32,519 nucleotides of DNA from Caulobacteraceae bacterium (GCA_003136615.1 PLFA01000153.1:10998-43516), one strand, 5' to 3'. Counted from the first letter of the stretch, positions 1 through 8,599 are shown. Program-made: numbers and translations. The notes: generated from the letters alone by a model not told the origin.

Positions 1-1887
1 CGGGCGGCCGAATATTTCGGTCCCTCCGAGTTGGAGAGCGACCGATGGATGGCCATCAACGACGTTCCCAGTCGCGCCGAGGCGTGGCTGTCGGCCCAGT
101 CGCCAAATTTCCGCGCTGATCTGGAGGCCTTCGCGGCGGGCATGAACGCCTATGCCAAGGCCCATCCCGAGGCGCTCTCGCTCGAGGCCCGGCGTATCCT
201 GCCCATCAGCGCCGTCGATGTGGTGGGCTATGCGCACCGGTTGTTCCAGTACGTCTATATCGCGCCCCAGGCCGTGGCGGGCCGCCTGCCCGCCGACGCC
301 ATCGGCCCGCCCGGCGCGGCGCGGCCGGACAATGGCTCGAACGGCTGGGCGATCGCGCCCTCCCGCGCGGCGGACGGCCACACGATGATGCTGATGAACC
401 CTCACCTCCCCTGGGCGACGGGCTGGTCAACCTATTATGAGGCGCAGCTCACCGCGCCGGGGGTCGACCTCTATGGCGCGACCCAGATCGGTCTGCCGGT
501 GCTGCGCTTTGTGTTCAGCGATCAGCTCGGCATCACCAACACGGTCGACCACACCAATGGCGTCACCTTCTACAAGATCACGCCGGCGCCGGGCGGCTAT
601 CTCTTTGACGGCAAGGTTCGCCCGTTCGAGGCGCGTGAGGCGACCCTGAAAGTGCGCCGTCCCGACGGCGGCCTCGACACCGACACCGTTGAGGTTCGCT
701 CCACCGTGCAGGGCCCCATCGTGGGCGAGCGGGGCGGGGCGCCCATCGCCATGCGCGTGGCGGGCCTCGATAGGCCCCGCGCCCTGGAAGAATATTGGAA
801 GATGGAGACGGCGCCGAACTTCGCCGCCTACCAGACGGCGCTCAGAATGATGCAGGTGCCGACCTTCAATATCATCTATGGGGATAGGGACGGCCATATC
901 GAATATCTGTTCAATGGCCTGGTCCCGCGGCGCGACTTCGGCGATCTCAAATACTGGACGTCCACGGTTCCAGGCGATACGTCCAAGACGCTGTGGACGG
1001 ACTATCTGAGCTATGCGGAGCTGCCCAAGGTGATCGATCCGGCCGGCGGCGTGGTGCAGAACTCCAATGATCCGCCTTGGGACGCGGGGTTCCCGACCCT
1101 TATCGATCCGGCGCCCTACCGGGCCTATATAAGCCCCGACGCGCTGGAAGTTCGCATGGAGCGCGGCGTGCAGCTCCTGAGCGAGCCTCGAAAGATCAGC
1201 TTCGACGAGCTGGTCAGGAAGCGCTGGTCGACCTACGCTCTCGTCGCCGATCGCCTCTTGCCTGACCTCAACGCCGCCGTGCAGGCCTCCGGCGATGATA
1301 TGGCCAAGCAGGCGATGGCCGTGCTCAACGCCTGGGACCGCACCACCGACGCCGAGAGCCGCGGATCTCTGCTCTTCACGATGTGGGTCGACAGGATGAA
1401 GGCGCCCGACGGCGTCACCAATGCCGGCTGGCGGATCCCCTATGATATTCGTCAGCCGCTTACGACGCCGAGCGGCCTCGCCAACCCGGCGGCCGCCCTG
1501 ACGGCGCTGGACGCCGCGGCAAGAGAGCTTTTGGCGCAAAAGGGCGCGCTGGACGCCCCTTGGGGCTCGGAGATGCGCCTGATCTGGGGCGGCCAAAATC
1601 TGGCGGCGAGCGGCGCCTCGGGCCGGTATGGCGACATCAATGTGATCGACTATGGGCCCCTGAAGGATGGGGTCCGGGCGGCCAGCTTCGGCGCGACCTT
1701 CGTGGCGGTCGTGGATTTCGCCGCCCCGACAAAGGCCAAGGTGCTGATGTCCTATGGCGACGCGTCGCAGCCTGGCTCGCCCCATCTGGGCGACCAGATC
1801 CCCCTTTTATCCGCCAAAGAGATGCGCGACGCCTGGCGCACGCGCGCCGAGGTCGAAGCCCACCTCGAAAGCCGGGACGTGTTCTGA
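1..1887 (+). CDS. Penicillin acylase family (Ntn hydrolase), glutaryl-7-ACA acylase-like; 5' end lies outside the window
   Basis: Frame is open from base 1 (RAAEYFGPSELESDRW...). Beta chain starts G|SNGWAIAPSR, followed by NPHLPW, TYYEA, GATQIGLPVLRF, QNSND and SYGDASQPGSPH. Confidence 0.92.
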   Translation, partial: RAAEYFGPSELESDRWMAINDVPSRAEAWLSAQSPNFRADLEAFAAGMNAYAKAHPEALSLEARRILPISAVDVVGYAHRLFQYVYIAPQAVAGRLPADAIGPPGAARPDNGSNGWAIAPSRAADGHTMMLMNPHLPWATGWSTYYEAQLTAPGVDLYGATQIGLPVLRFVFSDQLGITNTVDHTNGVTFYKITPAPGGYLFDGKVRPFEAREATLKVRRPDGGLDTDTVEVRSTVQGPIVGERGGAPIAMRVAGLDRPRALEEYWKMETAPNFAAYQTALRMMQVPTFNIIYGDRDGHIEYLFNGLVPRRDFGDLKYWTSTVPGDTSKTLWTDYLSYAELPKVIDPAGGVVQNSNDPPWDAGFPTLIDPAPYRAYISPDALEVRMERGVQLLSEPRKISFDELVRKRWSTYALVADRLLPDLNAAVQASGDDMAKQAMAVLNAWDRTTDAESRGSLLFTMWVDRMKAPDGVTNAGWRIPYDIRQPLTTPSGLANPAAALTALDAAARELLAQKGALDAPWGSEMRLIWGGQNLAASGASGRYGDINVIDYGPLKDGVRAASFGATFVAVVDFAAPTKAKVLMSYGDASQPGSPHLGDQIPLLSAKEMRDAWRTRAEVEAHLESRDVF

Positions 1888-1991
1888 CGACGTGGCCGCA
1901 GGGGCCTTTAATAGCCCACGTCGTGCAACGGCCCGGCCTCCACTCCAGCGAGGACTCCCGCTGGGATTGTCGGGATTTTCATCACCTATCC

Positions 1992-2159
1992 CACTGGGAG
2001 GGCTCGACCCATGAGGGCGACGTGGACGGCCAGCTCTTCTCCGGTCGCGAGGAGGAGGCCAAGGCGGAACAGCGCCGGTGGGAGCTGACCCTGAACCACT
2101 GGGACCTGCCGATCCACGAAATCGATCCCATCAGGCGCCGCAGTAGAGGGCTCGAATAA
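1992..2159 (+). pseudogene. Start-less coding remnant of unknown family (WEGSTHEGDVDGQLFSGREEEAKAEQRRWELTLNHWDLPIHEIDP)
   Basis: About 46 codons (1992-2129) with G/C at the third position in all but about 5. No in-frame start with an RBS. Sits at the edge of the AT-rich patch. Confidence 0.45.
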
Positions 2160-2253
2160 AGGCAAACACCGGACGCTTATCGGACCAAACGTCGCGGATC
2201 ATTTTATACCCGCGTCATAAATCTGCGGTCAGAAAAATCATGCATTCCGATAT

Positions 2254-2997
2254 TTACTGCGATGTTCTCGAGGCCCTCAAAACAGCCTGTATATCTGGGG
2301 AATTACACCCATCTGATATAGCAGTATTTATCTGGGTTATATGATAATACGACACTAAATGAGCTATTTTCAGGGCTTTTGACGTTACGATATTGCCGTC
2401 CTGATAAAACACTATATTTTGCAGATTTATTCTGTCATTGTTAATCACTATACTAAATTCTTCTTTGAATCCATTTCTATTCAAAAAGCAAGCGGCGTCT
2501 ATAGAATTCACATCACTCCAATGTGCCCGTTGATAAGAGCTAAGAGGTCCGTTCCTAAATACGATGTCCGTATTGGATACTTCGTATCCGCTAAACATAT
2601 AGTAAATAATTAATATTAGTACAACAGGTGCGATCCAAAATAGCAAGACGCTCACCTGTTTTGTTTTCCAAGGGTAGTTCAGATCACCTTTCGGCGGCCC
2701 GTATCTGCGCGAATATTCTACGCGACCTACGCTCAAGAGCTCCAAAAGGGGGTCGGCGCACAGACCTGCCGCGCCAAATGACATCGCCGCTAAAAAGCTA
2801 ATACCGGTCGGATAAGCGTCTTTTTCAAAAATGATTTCAGTGGGGGCCAGACGCGACCAGATAGCAATATGCACAATATATGGCAGCCAAGCAAACACAC
2901 CCCCGCAAACGACAGCAAGAATTACCGAAACGATCACACGTTCGCGAGCAACGCTTTGGGTCTTTCCAGCAGAAGGTGTTAGTTCTGAATCTTCCAT
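2254..2997 (-). CDS. Hypothetical membrane protein, AT-rich (probably horizontally acquired)
   Basis: 247-aa ORF with about 3 hydrophobic segments and a C-terminal soluble domain with two Cys. GC is far below the flanks (line 2401-2460 has 15/60 G+C). Confidence 0.75.
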   Translation of the reverse strand: MEDSELTPSAGKTQSVARERVIVSVILAVVCGGVFAWLPYIVHIAIWSRLAPTEIIFEKDAYPTGISFLAAMSFGAAGLCADPLLELLSVGRVEYSRRYGPPKGDLNYPWKTKQVSVLLFWIAPVVLILIIYYMFSGYEVSNTDIVFRNGPLSSYQRAHWSDVNSIDAACFLNRNGFKEEFSIVINNDRINLQNIVFYQDGNIVTSKALKIAHLVSYYHITQINTAISDGCNSPDIQAVLRASRTSQ

Positions 2998-3187
2998 TGA
3001 ATTAATAGGTCTGAATATTCGTCATTAAAGACGCAAGAAATCAAGTTTGACGGCGCGTGACGGGAAGACGGTGGCAACGCCCCGAAGCCTGTCCACCCGC
3101 ACCGTCGGCGCGGCGTCTGGGCGCGTCACCGCTCTCGTTGACTGTGACGCTTATATAGCCGGATGGATTCATCCAGAATTACCCCGC

Positions 3188-3508
3188 TCACTTGACGGCG
3201 TGAGCGTGGAGTTGAACCCCTGACTGACGCTGCAATTCACCAAGCACGCCAAAGAGGTTTCTCGCGTTCGGATTGCCGGTGCGACTGAACATCCTGATCA
3301 AGCTCTTGGATGGCGTGCCGGTCGCGGTCGCCAGTTTTTCGAAGCCGAGGGTCGCATTGATATAGTCGCGCAAGACAGCCTTTCCGGTGTCCACATCTCC
3401 GGACAACAAGGTGTCAACGCCCTCCGCCAGCAGAGCATCGCGGAACGCGGGATCACGTTGCGCCCTGGCTTGTATGGTATCCTTGAATTCGCGTGTCAGA
3501 GCCATCAT
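3188..3508 (-). CDS. HTH antitoxin / addiction-module antidote protein (HigA-like)
   Basis: MALTREFKDTIQARAQRDPAFRDALL...LRDYINATLGFEKLA...KSLIRMFS..GNP.ARNLF is typical of this family. Its ATG overlaps the TGA of the upstream toxin remnant. Confidence 0.88.
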   Translation of the reverse strand: MMALTREFKDTIQARAQRDPAFRDALLAEGVDTLLSGDVDTGKAVLRDYINATLGFEKLATATGTPSKSLIRMFSRTGNPNARNLFGVLGELQRQSGVQLHAHAVK

Positions 3509-3587
3509 CCATTACTTTTCTTGCGACTTTTGTAGTCCTGCCAGCGGCTTTTCGCGTCGCTGATATCGCGTTGCTGCCGCTGTTTTT
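3505..3587 (-). pseudogene. C-terminal remnant of a RelE/HigB-like addiction-module toxin
   Basis: Minus-strand frame reads KQRQQRDISDAKSRWQDYKSRKKSNG*, matching the 'GTKKRQQRDI..AK..W.DYK.RK' C-terminus of this family. Stop TGA (3505-3507) overlaps the antitoxin ATG. No N-terminus present. Confidence 0.8.
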
Positions 3588-3606
3588 GGTAACATATGAG
3601 TTACCA
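3587..3606. promoter_or_regulatory. Palindrome TGGTAAC-ATATGA-GTTACCA, likely TA operator
   Basis: Perfect 7-bp inverted arms with a 6-bp spacer, immediately upstream of the toxin remnant and antitoxin. Confidence 0.65.
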
Positions 3607-3719
3607 TCGGTGTAGCCGTCGTGCAGCGCATGGGCCAGGCAGGCGGCGATCAGGTTGCGCCGCTTCCTGGGCAGGCCCTCCGCCAGAAGCGCGCCGTCCG
3701 CCGTGGTGGTGATCCGCAT
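3606..3719 (-). pseudogene. N-terminal 38 codons of an MFS transporter, truncated
   Basis: ATG lies immediately after the LysR stop. RNLIAACLAHALHDGYTD resembles TM1 of Fsr-like MFS proteins (AHALHDGYTD motif) and the similarity ends at the palindrome. Confidence 0.7.
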
Positions 3720-3720
3720 C

Positions 3721-4569
3721 CTATTCCAGAGACAAGACCGCCGACTCCATCAGGTCCGCCAACCGGTTAAGTGTCGGATGGGGATCGCGCGTCAAGTGGC
3801 GCGTATAGGCCACGTCCGGCAGCGGGGGCAGCCTCCAGCTATTGTCTTCCTGCGGGTCGATGCGGCGGGTCGAGAAGAGGCTTGTGCGGCAGGTGAGAGC
3901 CAGATCGGCCTCCAGAGCGGCGCGCAGCACCGAGAGGCTCGGCGTCTCCAAGACGATGCGATACGGACGGCCGGCGTCATCGAGGGCCTTCAGCGCCGCT
4001 TCGCGGAAACGGCACGGCTTTTCCAGCACCGCCAGAGGCAAGACCTCCTCCCGGGCCAGGGCCGGATCGCCGAACCAGTGGGTCCGGGCGGTTTCCACGG
4101 CGGCCGGGTCATCGGCCGCGCCCATGCACAGGACCACATCCAGGCGGTCGGACGCCAAGAGCTCGAGAAGTTCGGCCGATCCGCCCACGCGGACCTGGAG
4201 CTGGGTCTCCGGATGGCGATGGGCGAAGCGGGAGAGGACGCCGCCCAGGAGCGTCTCGGCGAAATCCTGCACCAAACCCACACGCGCCGGCCCGGCGAGG
4301 GTGTCGCCGGTGAGAGCCAAGAGGGCCTTGTCGTTGATGGCCAGCATGTCGCGGGCATAGGCCAGCAGCGTTTCCCCCGCAGGCGTCAGGGCGAGGCGGC
4401 GCCCATCGCGATGAAAGAGGGGCGACTGGACCGTATCCTCCAGCCGCTTCATCTGCAGACTGAGGGCCGACTGGGTGACGAAAACCCGCTCCGTCGCCTT
4501 CAGCATGGACCCGGAATCGACGATGGCGGCGAAGCTGCGCAGCAGTTCGGTGGGCAGGTTAACGGGCAT
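3721..4569 (-). CDS. LysR-family transcriptional regulator
   Basis: N-terminal wHTH (LLRSFAAIVDSGSMLKATERVFVTQSALSLQMKRLE...LFHRDGRRLALTPAGE), 282 aa, divergent from the ABC operon. Confidence 0.96.
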   Translation of the reverse strand: MPVNLPTELLRSFAAIVDSGSMLKATERVFVTQSALSLQMKRLEDTVQSPLFHRDGRRLALTPAGETLLAYARDMLAINDKALLALTGDTLAGPARVGLVQDFAETLLGGVLSRFAHRHPETQLQVRVGGSAELLELLASDRLDVVLCMGAADDPAAVETARTHWFGDPALAREEVLPLAVLEKPCRFREAALKALDDAGRPYRIVLETPSLSVLRAALEADLALTCRTSLFSTRRIDPQEDNSWRLPPLPDVAYTRHLTRDPHPTLNRLADLMESAVLSLE

Positions 4570-4583
4570 GGAGACCCGTCACT

Positions 4584-4622
4584 ATCAGTATCTCTAAACC
4601 CTGCCTTGAAGATAAGTGGTTT
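4584..4622 (+). promoter_or_regulatory. Putative LysR binding region, copy 1 (TCAG-N5-CTAA, T-N11-A), abutting a TTGTCA -35-like hexamer
   Basis: Lies in the divergent LysR/ssuC intergenic region and aligns without gaps to 8711-8749 and 10985-11023. Confidence 0.6.
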
Positions 4623-4698
4623 GTCAGTCGCATCGAGAGAGGCCCTTTAGGCGTGTTGTAAACGCTCCATCGGGTCGTGGCCTTGAAAGGGCAAGCCA

Positions 4699-5532
4699 GT
4701 GTCTCTCGCCTATCATGATAGATTAACTGACAAGGCGAAGGTTGGGGCCAAGGCTGGGCCTAAGCTTTCCTGGCCGAAACTCGCTGATCAGCGCTGGCTT
4801 TCGCCGGTGCTGCTTCTGGCGATTTGGGAGGTCGCATCCCTGACCGGCGTCATCCCGTCACGCATCCTGGCGGCGCCGTCGGCGGTTGTGCAAACCCTGG
4901 CTCACCTTGTTGTGAATGGCGATCTGCCCAATGCGCTGATCGTCTCCCTGGCCCGCATGGCCGTGGGCCTCGCGATCGGGGTGACCACAGGGACGGTTCT
5001 GGCCCTGGCCGCCGGACTGTCCAAGCTGGGGGAAACCCTGGTCGACCCGCCGCTTCAGATCATTCGCCCCCTGCCGACCCTGGCCCTCACCCCGCTGTTC
5101 ATCGTGTGGCTGGGCATCGGCGAGACGCCCAAGATCGCCCTGATATCGCTGGGCGTCACGTTTCCGATCTATCTGAACCTGTTCAACGCGATCCGAAGCG
5201 TCGATCCCCGGCTCATGGAGGCGGGGCGCAGTTTTGGCCTCTCGGGATGGGACCTGATCGTCAATGTCGTCCTGCCCGGCGCCATGCCGGGCTTTCTGGT
5301 GGGGCTGCGCTATGCCTTGAGCGTCTCCCTGCTGATCCTTGTGGTGGCCGAACAGATCAACGCCTCGGCGGGGCTCGGCTACCTGATCAACAACGCCCGC
5401 GATTTCATGCAGACTGACGTGATCGTCGTGTGCCTTCTTGTTTACGCCTTGCTGGGCCTGGGGGCGGACCTGCTGGTGCGTGCATTGGAACGTCGCCTGC
5501 TGGTCTGGCGCCCCGCGTTCCTGAAAGCCTGA
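4699..5532 (+). CDS. ssuC: Sulfonate/nitrate/taurine-type ABC transporter permease (SsuC-like)
   Basis: LLLAIWE, P..ILAAPS, WLGIGETPKI, EAA loop (LMEAGRSFGLS..LI..VVLPGAMP), VAEQINASAGLGYL. Confidence 0.92.
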   Translation: MSLAYHDRLTDKAKVGAKAGPKLSWPKLADQRWLSPVLLLAIWEVASLTGVIPSRILAAPSAVVQTLAHLVVNGDLPNALIVSLARMAVGLAIGVTTGTVLALAAGLSKLGETLVDPPLQIIRPLPTLALTPLFIVWLGIGETPKIALISLGVTFPIYLNLFNAIRSVDPRLMEAGRSFGLSGWDLIVNVVLPGAMPGFLVGLRYALSVSLLILVVAEQINASAGLGYLINNARDFMQTDVIVVCLLVYALLGLGADLLVRALERRLLVWRPAFLKA

Positions 5533-5560
5533 CCCCCCCATGCCTCAAGCGGAGCGCCCC

Positions 5561-6382
5561 ATGTTGCAGACAGCCCGACGCCCAACGGCCGTTTCGCCGG
5601 TCTCCACGCCGCCGCGCGCGGCGGCCATGACACCCCCGCCATCGGTCAGAGTGAAGGGTTTCACCCGCAGCTTTGGCGCGACCTCCGTCCTGAAGGACAT
5701 GAACCTCGACATCCAGCCGGGCGAGTTCGTGGCGCTCCTGGGCGCCAGCGGCTCTGGCAAGACGACGCTTTTGCGCACCCTGGCCGGACTTGATCCCGCG
5801 CCGGTCGATCAGGTCTCCACACCCGCCGCCCGGGCCGTGGTGTTTCAGGATCCCCGGCTCATGCCCTGGAAACGGGTCTGGCGGAACGTCGCCCTGGGCC
5901 TCAAGGGGCGCGATATTCGCGGCAAAGCCGAGGACGCGCTGGGCGAAGTGGGTCTGAGCCATAGATTGGACGCCTGGCCCGCAACGCTTTCGGGCGGCGA
6001 GGCGCAGAGGGCGGCCCTGGCCCGGGCCCTGATCCGCGAGCCCAAACTTCTTCTGCTGGATGAGCCCTTCGCGGCCCTGGACGCCCTGACCCGCATTCGC
6101 ATGCACGAGCTGGTGCTGAAGCTCTGGCGCGCCCACGATCCCGCCGTGCTGCTGGTGACCCACGACGTCGACGAAGCCATCACGCTCGCCGATCGCGTGC
6201 TGGTGCTGGATCAGGGGCGGATCGCGGCGGAGGAGGTGGTGACCCTGCCACGCCCGCGCGATGTGGATGATGCGTTCCAGGCCATTCGTCGTCGCCTCCT
6301 GGGTCATCTGGGGGTAACAAGCCATGACCCGGCGGTCGCCGCTGAACTGATCGCCTTTCGCCCGCGCCAGGACGCGCATTAG
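5561..6382 (+). CDS. ssuB: Sulfonate-type ABC transporter ATP-binding protein (SsuB-like)
   Basis: Walker A GASGSGKT, VFQDPRLMPW, LSGGE, LLLLDEPFAALD, VTHDVDEA. ATG 5561 has GGAG at 5551-5554 (the ORF track starts at 5540). Confidence 0.92.
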   Translation: MLQTARRPTAVSPVSTPPRAAAMTPPPSVRVKGFTRSFGATSVLKDMNLDIQPGEFVALLGASGSGKTTLLRTLAGLDPAPVDQVSTPAARAVVFQDPRLMPWKRVWRNVALGLKGRDIRGKAEDALGEVGLSHRLDAWPATLSGGEAQRAALARALIREPKLLLLDEPFAALDALTRIRMHELVLKLWRAHDPAVLLVTHDVDEAITLADRVLVLDQGRIAAEEVVTLPRPRDVDDAFQAIRRRLLGHLGVTSHDPAVAAELIAFRPRQDAH

Positions 6383-6398
6383 ATCGGTCAGACCGCTC

Positions 6399-7022
6399 AT
6401 GACCCAATTCGTTCCCGCGCGCCCCAATCTCGCGCGTCTGCGGGGCTTCATCGCCGCCTTTACGCGGCTGATCGATACCCAAGCCGACGAGGCCCGGTTG
6501 CTGCATGGGGGCGCCGCTCTCCTGGCCGATCTGATCCGCGCGGATGACTGGTTGCCCCCCGCCTTCGCCGCCGCCGACTCCGCGCGCTACCAGCAGTATC
6601 TCCTGCACTGCGACGCCCTGGAGCGGTTCAGCGTTGTCAGCTTCGTCTGGGGCCCGGGCCAGGAAACCCCGGTACACGACCACACGGTCTGGGGTTTGGT
6701 CGGCCAACTTCGTGGGGCGGAGGCCTCGCAGCCCTATGAACGCCGGGACGGCCAGCCGGTCCCCGTGGGACCCCGCCTCGTCCTGAAGCCCGGTCAGGTG
6801 GAGGCGGTCTCCCCCCGGATCGGCGACATTCATCAGGTGTCGAACGCGGCGGATGATGTCTCGGTCAGCATCCACGTCTATGGCGGCAATATCGGGGCTG
6901 TGCGCCGCTCGACCTTCGCGCCCGACGGTGCGGCAAAGACCTTCATCTCCGGCTATTCCAACACCGCGACGCCCAATCTTTGGGACCGCTCCGTGGAAGC
7001 GCGCGCGGAGGCCGGGGCGTGA
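6399..7022 (+). CDS. Thiol dioxygenase (cysteine dioxygenase family, Gln-type / 3-mercaptopropionate dioxygenase-like)
   Basis: RYQQYLLHCD, FVWGPGQETPVHDHTVWG (HxH), GDIHQV (third His), SIHVYGG (Ser-His-Tyr). Confidence 0.92.
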   Translation: MTQFVPARPNLARLRGFIAAFTRLIDTQADEARLLHGGAALLADLIRADDWLPPAFAAADSARYQQYLLHCDALERFSVVSFVWGPGQETPVHDHTVWGLVGQLRGAEASQPYERRDGQPVPVGPRLVLKPGQVEAVSPRIGDIHQVSNAADDVSVSIHVYGGNIGAVRRSTFAPDGAAKTFISGYSNTATPNLWDRSVEARAEAGA

Positions 7023-8599
7023 CCCCCGCCAGCGTTTCGCCCGCCGAGGTCCGCTTCGCCTGGATCAGCCGGGCGGAAATCGCCGTGATCGACCTGCGCG
7101 AGGAAGACCCCTTCGCGGGGGCCCACCCCCTCTTCGCCGCCTGCCTGCCCCTGAGCCGACTGGAGCTGGAAATCGGCGACGCGGTTCCAAGGCTCACGAC
7201 GCCCATCGTTCTCTATGACGACGGCGAAGGGATGGTCGAACTGGCGGCCGATCGCTTGGCGGAGCTGGGATACACGGAGGTGAAGGCTCTGGAGGGCGGC
7301 CTCTCCGGCTGGCGCGCCGCGGGGCTGGAGATCTTTCAGGACGTGAATTCCGCCAGCAAGGCCTTTGGCGAGCTGGTGGAGCATCGCCGCCATACGCCCT
7401 TCATTACGGCCGAACGCCTCCAGGAGGACCTGGACAGGTCGGCCAAGCTGGTGGTGCTGGACGCCAGGCGCTTTGACGAATTCAACACCATGAGCATCCC
7501 CACGGGGGTGAGTACGCCGGGGGCGGAACTGGTCCTGCGGGCCAGAGCCCTCGCGCCCGATCCTCAGACCACCATCGTCGTCAATTGCGCGGGGCGCACC
7601 CGCAGCATCATCGGCGCCCAGTCGCTAATCAACGCCGGCGTGAAAAACCCGGTCAGGGCCCTGCGCAACGGGGCCATAGGCTGGACCCTGGCGGGCCAGA
7701 TCCTGGAGCATGGCCAGACCCGGCGCGCGCCGGACGTGGGGGGGAAAGAGGCCGAGGCCGCGCGCAAGGCCGCCGCCCATGTGGCCTATCGCGCCGGCGT
7801 GCGCGAGGTGGATGTGGAAGGCCTGGCGCGGCTGGCGGCCGACCCTCAGCGGACTCTTTATCGCTTCGATGTGAGACAGCCCGAGGATTACCTGCGCGGC
7901 CATATTCCAGGCTTCCGGAACGCCGAGGGCGGCCAGCTCGTGCAGGAGACGGACATGTTCGCCCCGGTGCGCGGCGCGCGCGTCGTGCTGGCCGATGATC
8001 ACGGGGTTCGCGCCCACATGTCCGCCTCCTGGCTCGCCCAGATGGGGTGGGAGGTCTACGTGTTGAACGGCGGGTTCGACCGCGAGCTGGAGACGGGCTC
8101 CTGGCGCGCCGCCCGGCCGAAACTCCCCCCGGCGGCCACCTTGTCTCCTGAGGCTCTGGCCCAAAAGATCGACGACCAGCGCGTGGTGGTTGTGGATGTG
8201 GGTCCCAGCAAGGCGCATCGAAAAGGCCATGTGCCCACCGCGCGTTTCGCCATCCGCGCGCGCCTGGCGAGCTATGCGGGGTCCCTTGTGGAGACCCGGC
8301 GACCCATCGTCTTCACCTCGCCCGATGGGGCCCTGGCCCATTTCGCGGCGGCCGATTTCTTCGCCATAACCCGCACCGCCGCCCGGGTGCTGGAGGGCGG
8401 CACGGACGCGTGGCGGAACGCCGGATTGCCTCTGGAGGCTGGGTTTGCCGACGCGCTCTCGCCGCCAGAGGACATCTACCGCCGGCCCTATGAGGGATCG
8501 GACCATCCCGTGGAGGCCATGCAGGCCTATCTGGATTGGGAATACGGCCTCGTCGATCAGCTCGCGCGCGACGGATCGCATGGGTTCTATGTGATCTAG
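7019..8599 (+). CDS. Four-domain rhodanese-related sulfurtransferase
   Basis: GTG overlaps the dioxygenase TGA (GTGA). Four rhodanese repeats (IDLRE, LDARR, FDVRQ, VDVGP; LEGG motifs), active loop NCAGRTR, C-terminal RPYEG...AMQAYLDWEYGL. Confidence 0.92.
   Translation: MTPASVSPAEVRFAWISRAEIAVIDLREEDPFAGAHPLFAACLPLSRLELEIGDAVPRLTTPIVLYDDGEGMVELAADRLAELGYTEVKALEGGLSGWRAAGLEIFQDVNSASKAFGELVEHRRHTPFITAERLQEDLDRSAKLVVLDARRFDEFNTMSIPTGVSTPGAELVLRARALAPDPQTTIVVNCAGRTRSIIGAQSLINAGVKNPVRALRNGAIGWTLAGQILEHGQTRRAPDVGGKEAEAARKAAAHVAYRAGVREVDVEGLARLAADPQRTLYRFDVRQPEDYLRGHIPGFRNAEGGQLVQETDMFAPVRGARVVLADDHGVRAHMSASWLAQMGWEVYVLNGGFDRELETGSWRAARPKLPPAATLSPEALAQKIDDQRVVVVDVGPSKAHRKGHVPTARFAIRARLASYAGSLVETRRPIVFTSPDGALAHFAAADFFAITRTAARVLEGGTDAWRNAGLPLEAGFADALSPPEDIYRRPYEGSDHPVEAMQAYLDWEYGLVDQLARDGSHGFYVI

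Noticed and set aside
427-1785. Long minus-strand ORF (also 10137-11813, 7625-8683, 15617-16837, 24552-25433 and similar)
   Set aside because: Antisense or alternate-frame shadows of well-supported genes, expected in high-GC DNA; no family motifs.
1560-1991. N-terminal part of the 199-aa ORF 1560-2159
   Set aside because: Overlaps the acylase out of frame; only the part after about 1992 shows coding-like codon bias.
3161-3174. Hairpin GGATG-GATT-CATCC downstream of the antitoxin
   Set aside because: Only a 5-bp stem with no U-tract; not supportable as a terminator.
1888-3720. Intact mobile element or prophage
   Set aside because: No integrase or transposase, no tRNA target and no long flanking direct repeats found; only debris.
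5533-5539. C7 homopolymer between ssuC and ssuB as a phase-variation tract
   Set aside because: Short, intergenic and unremarkable at this GC content.
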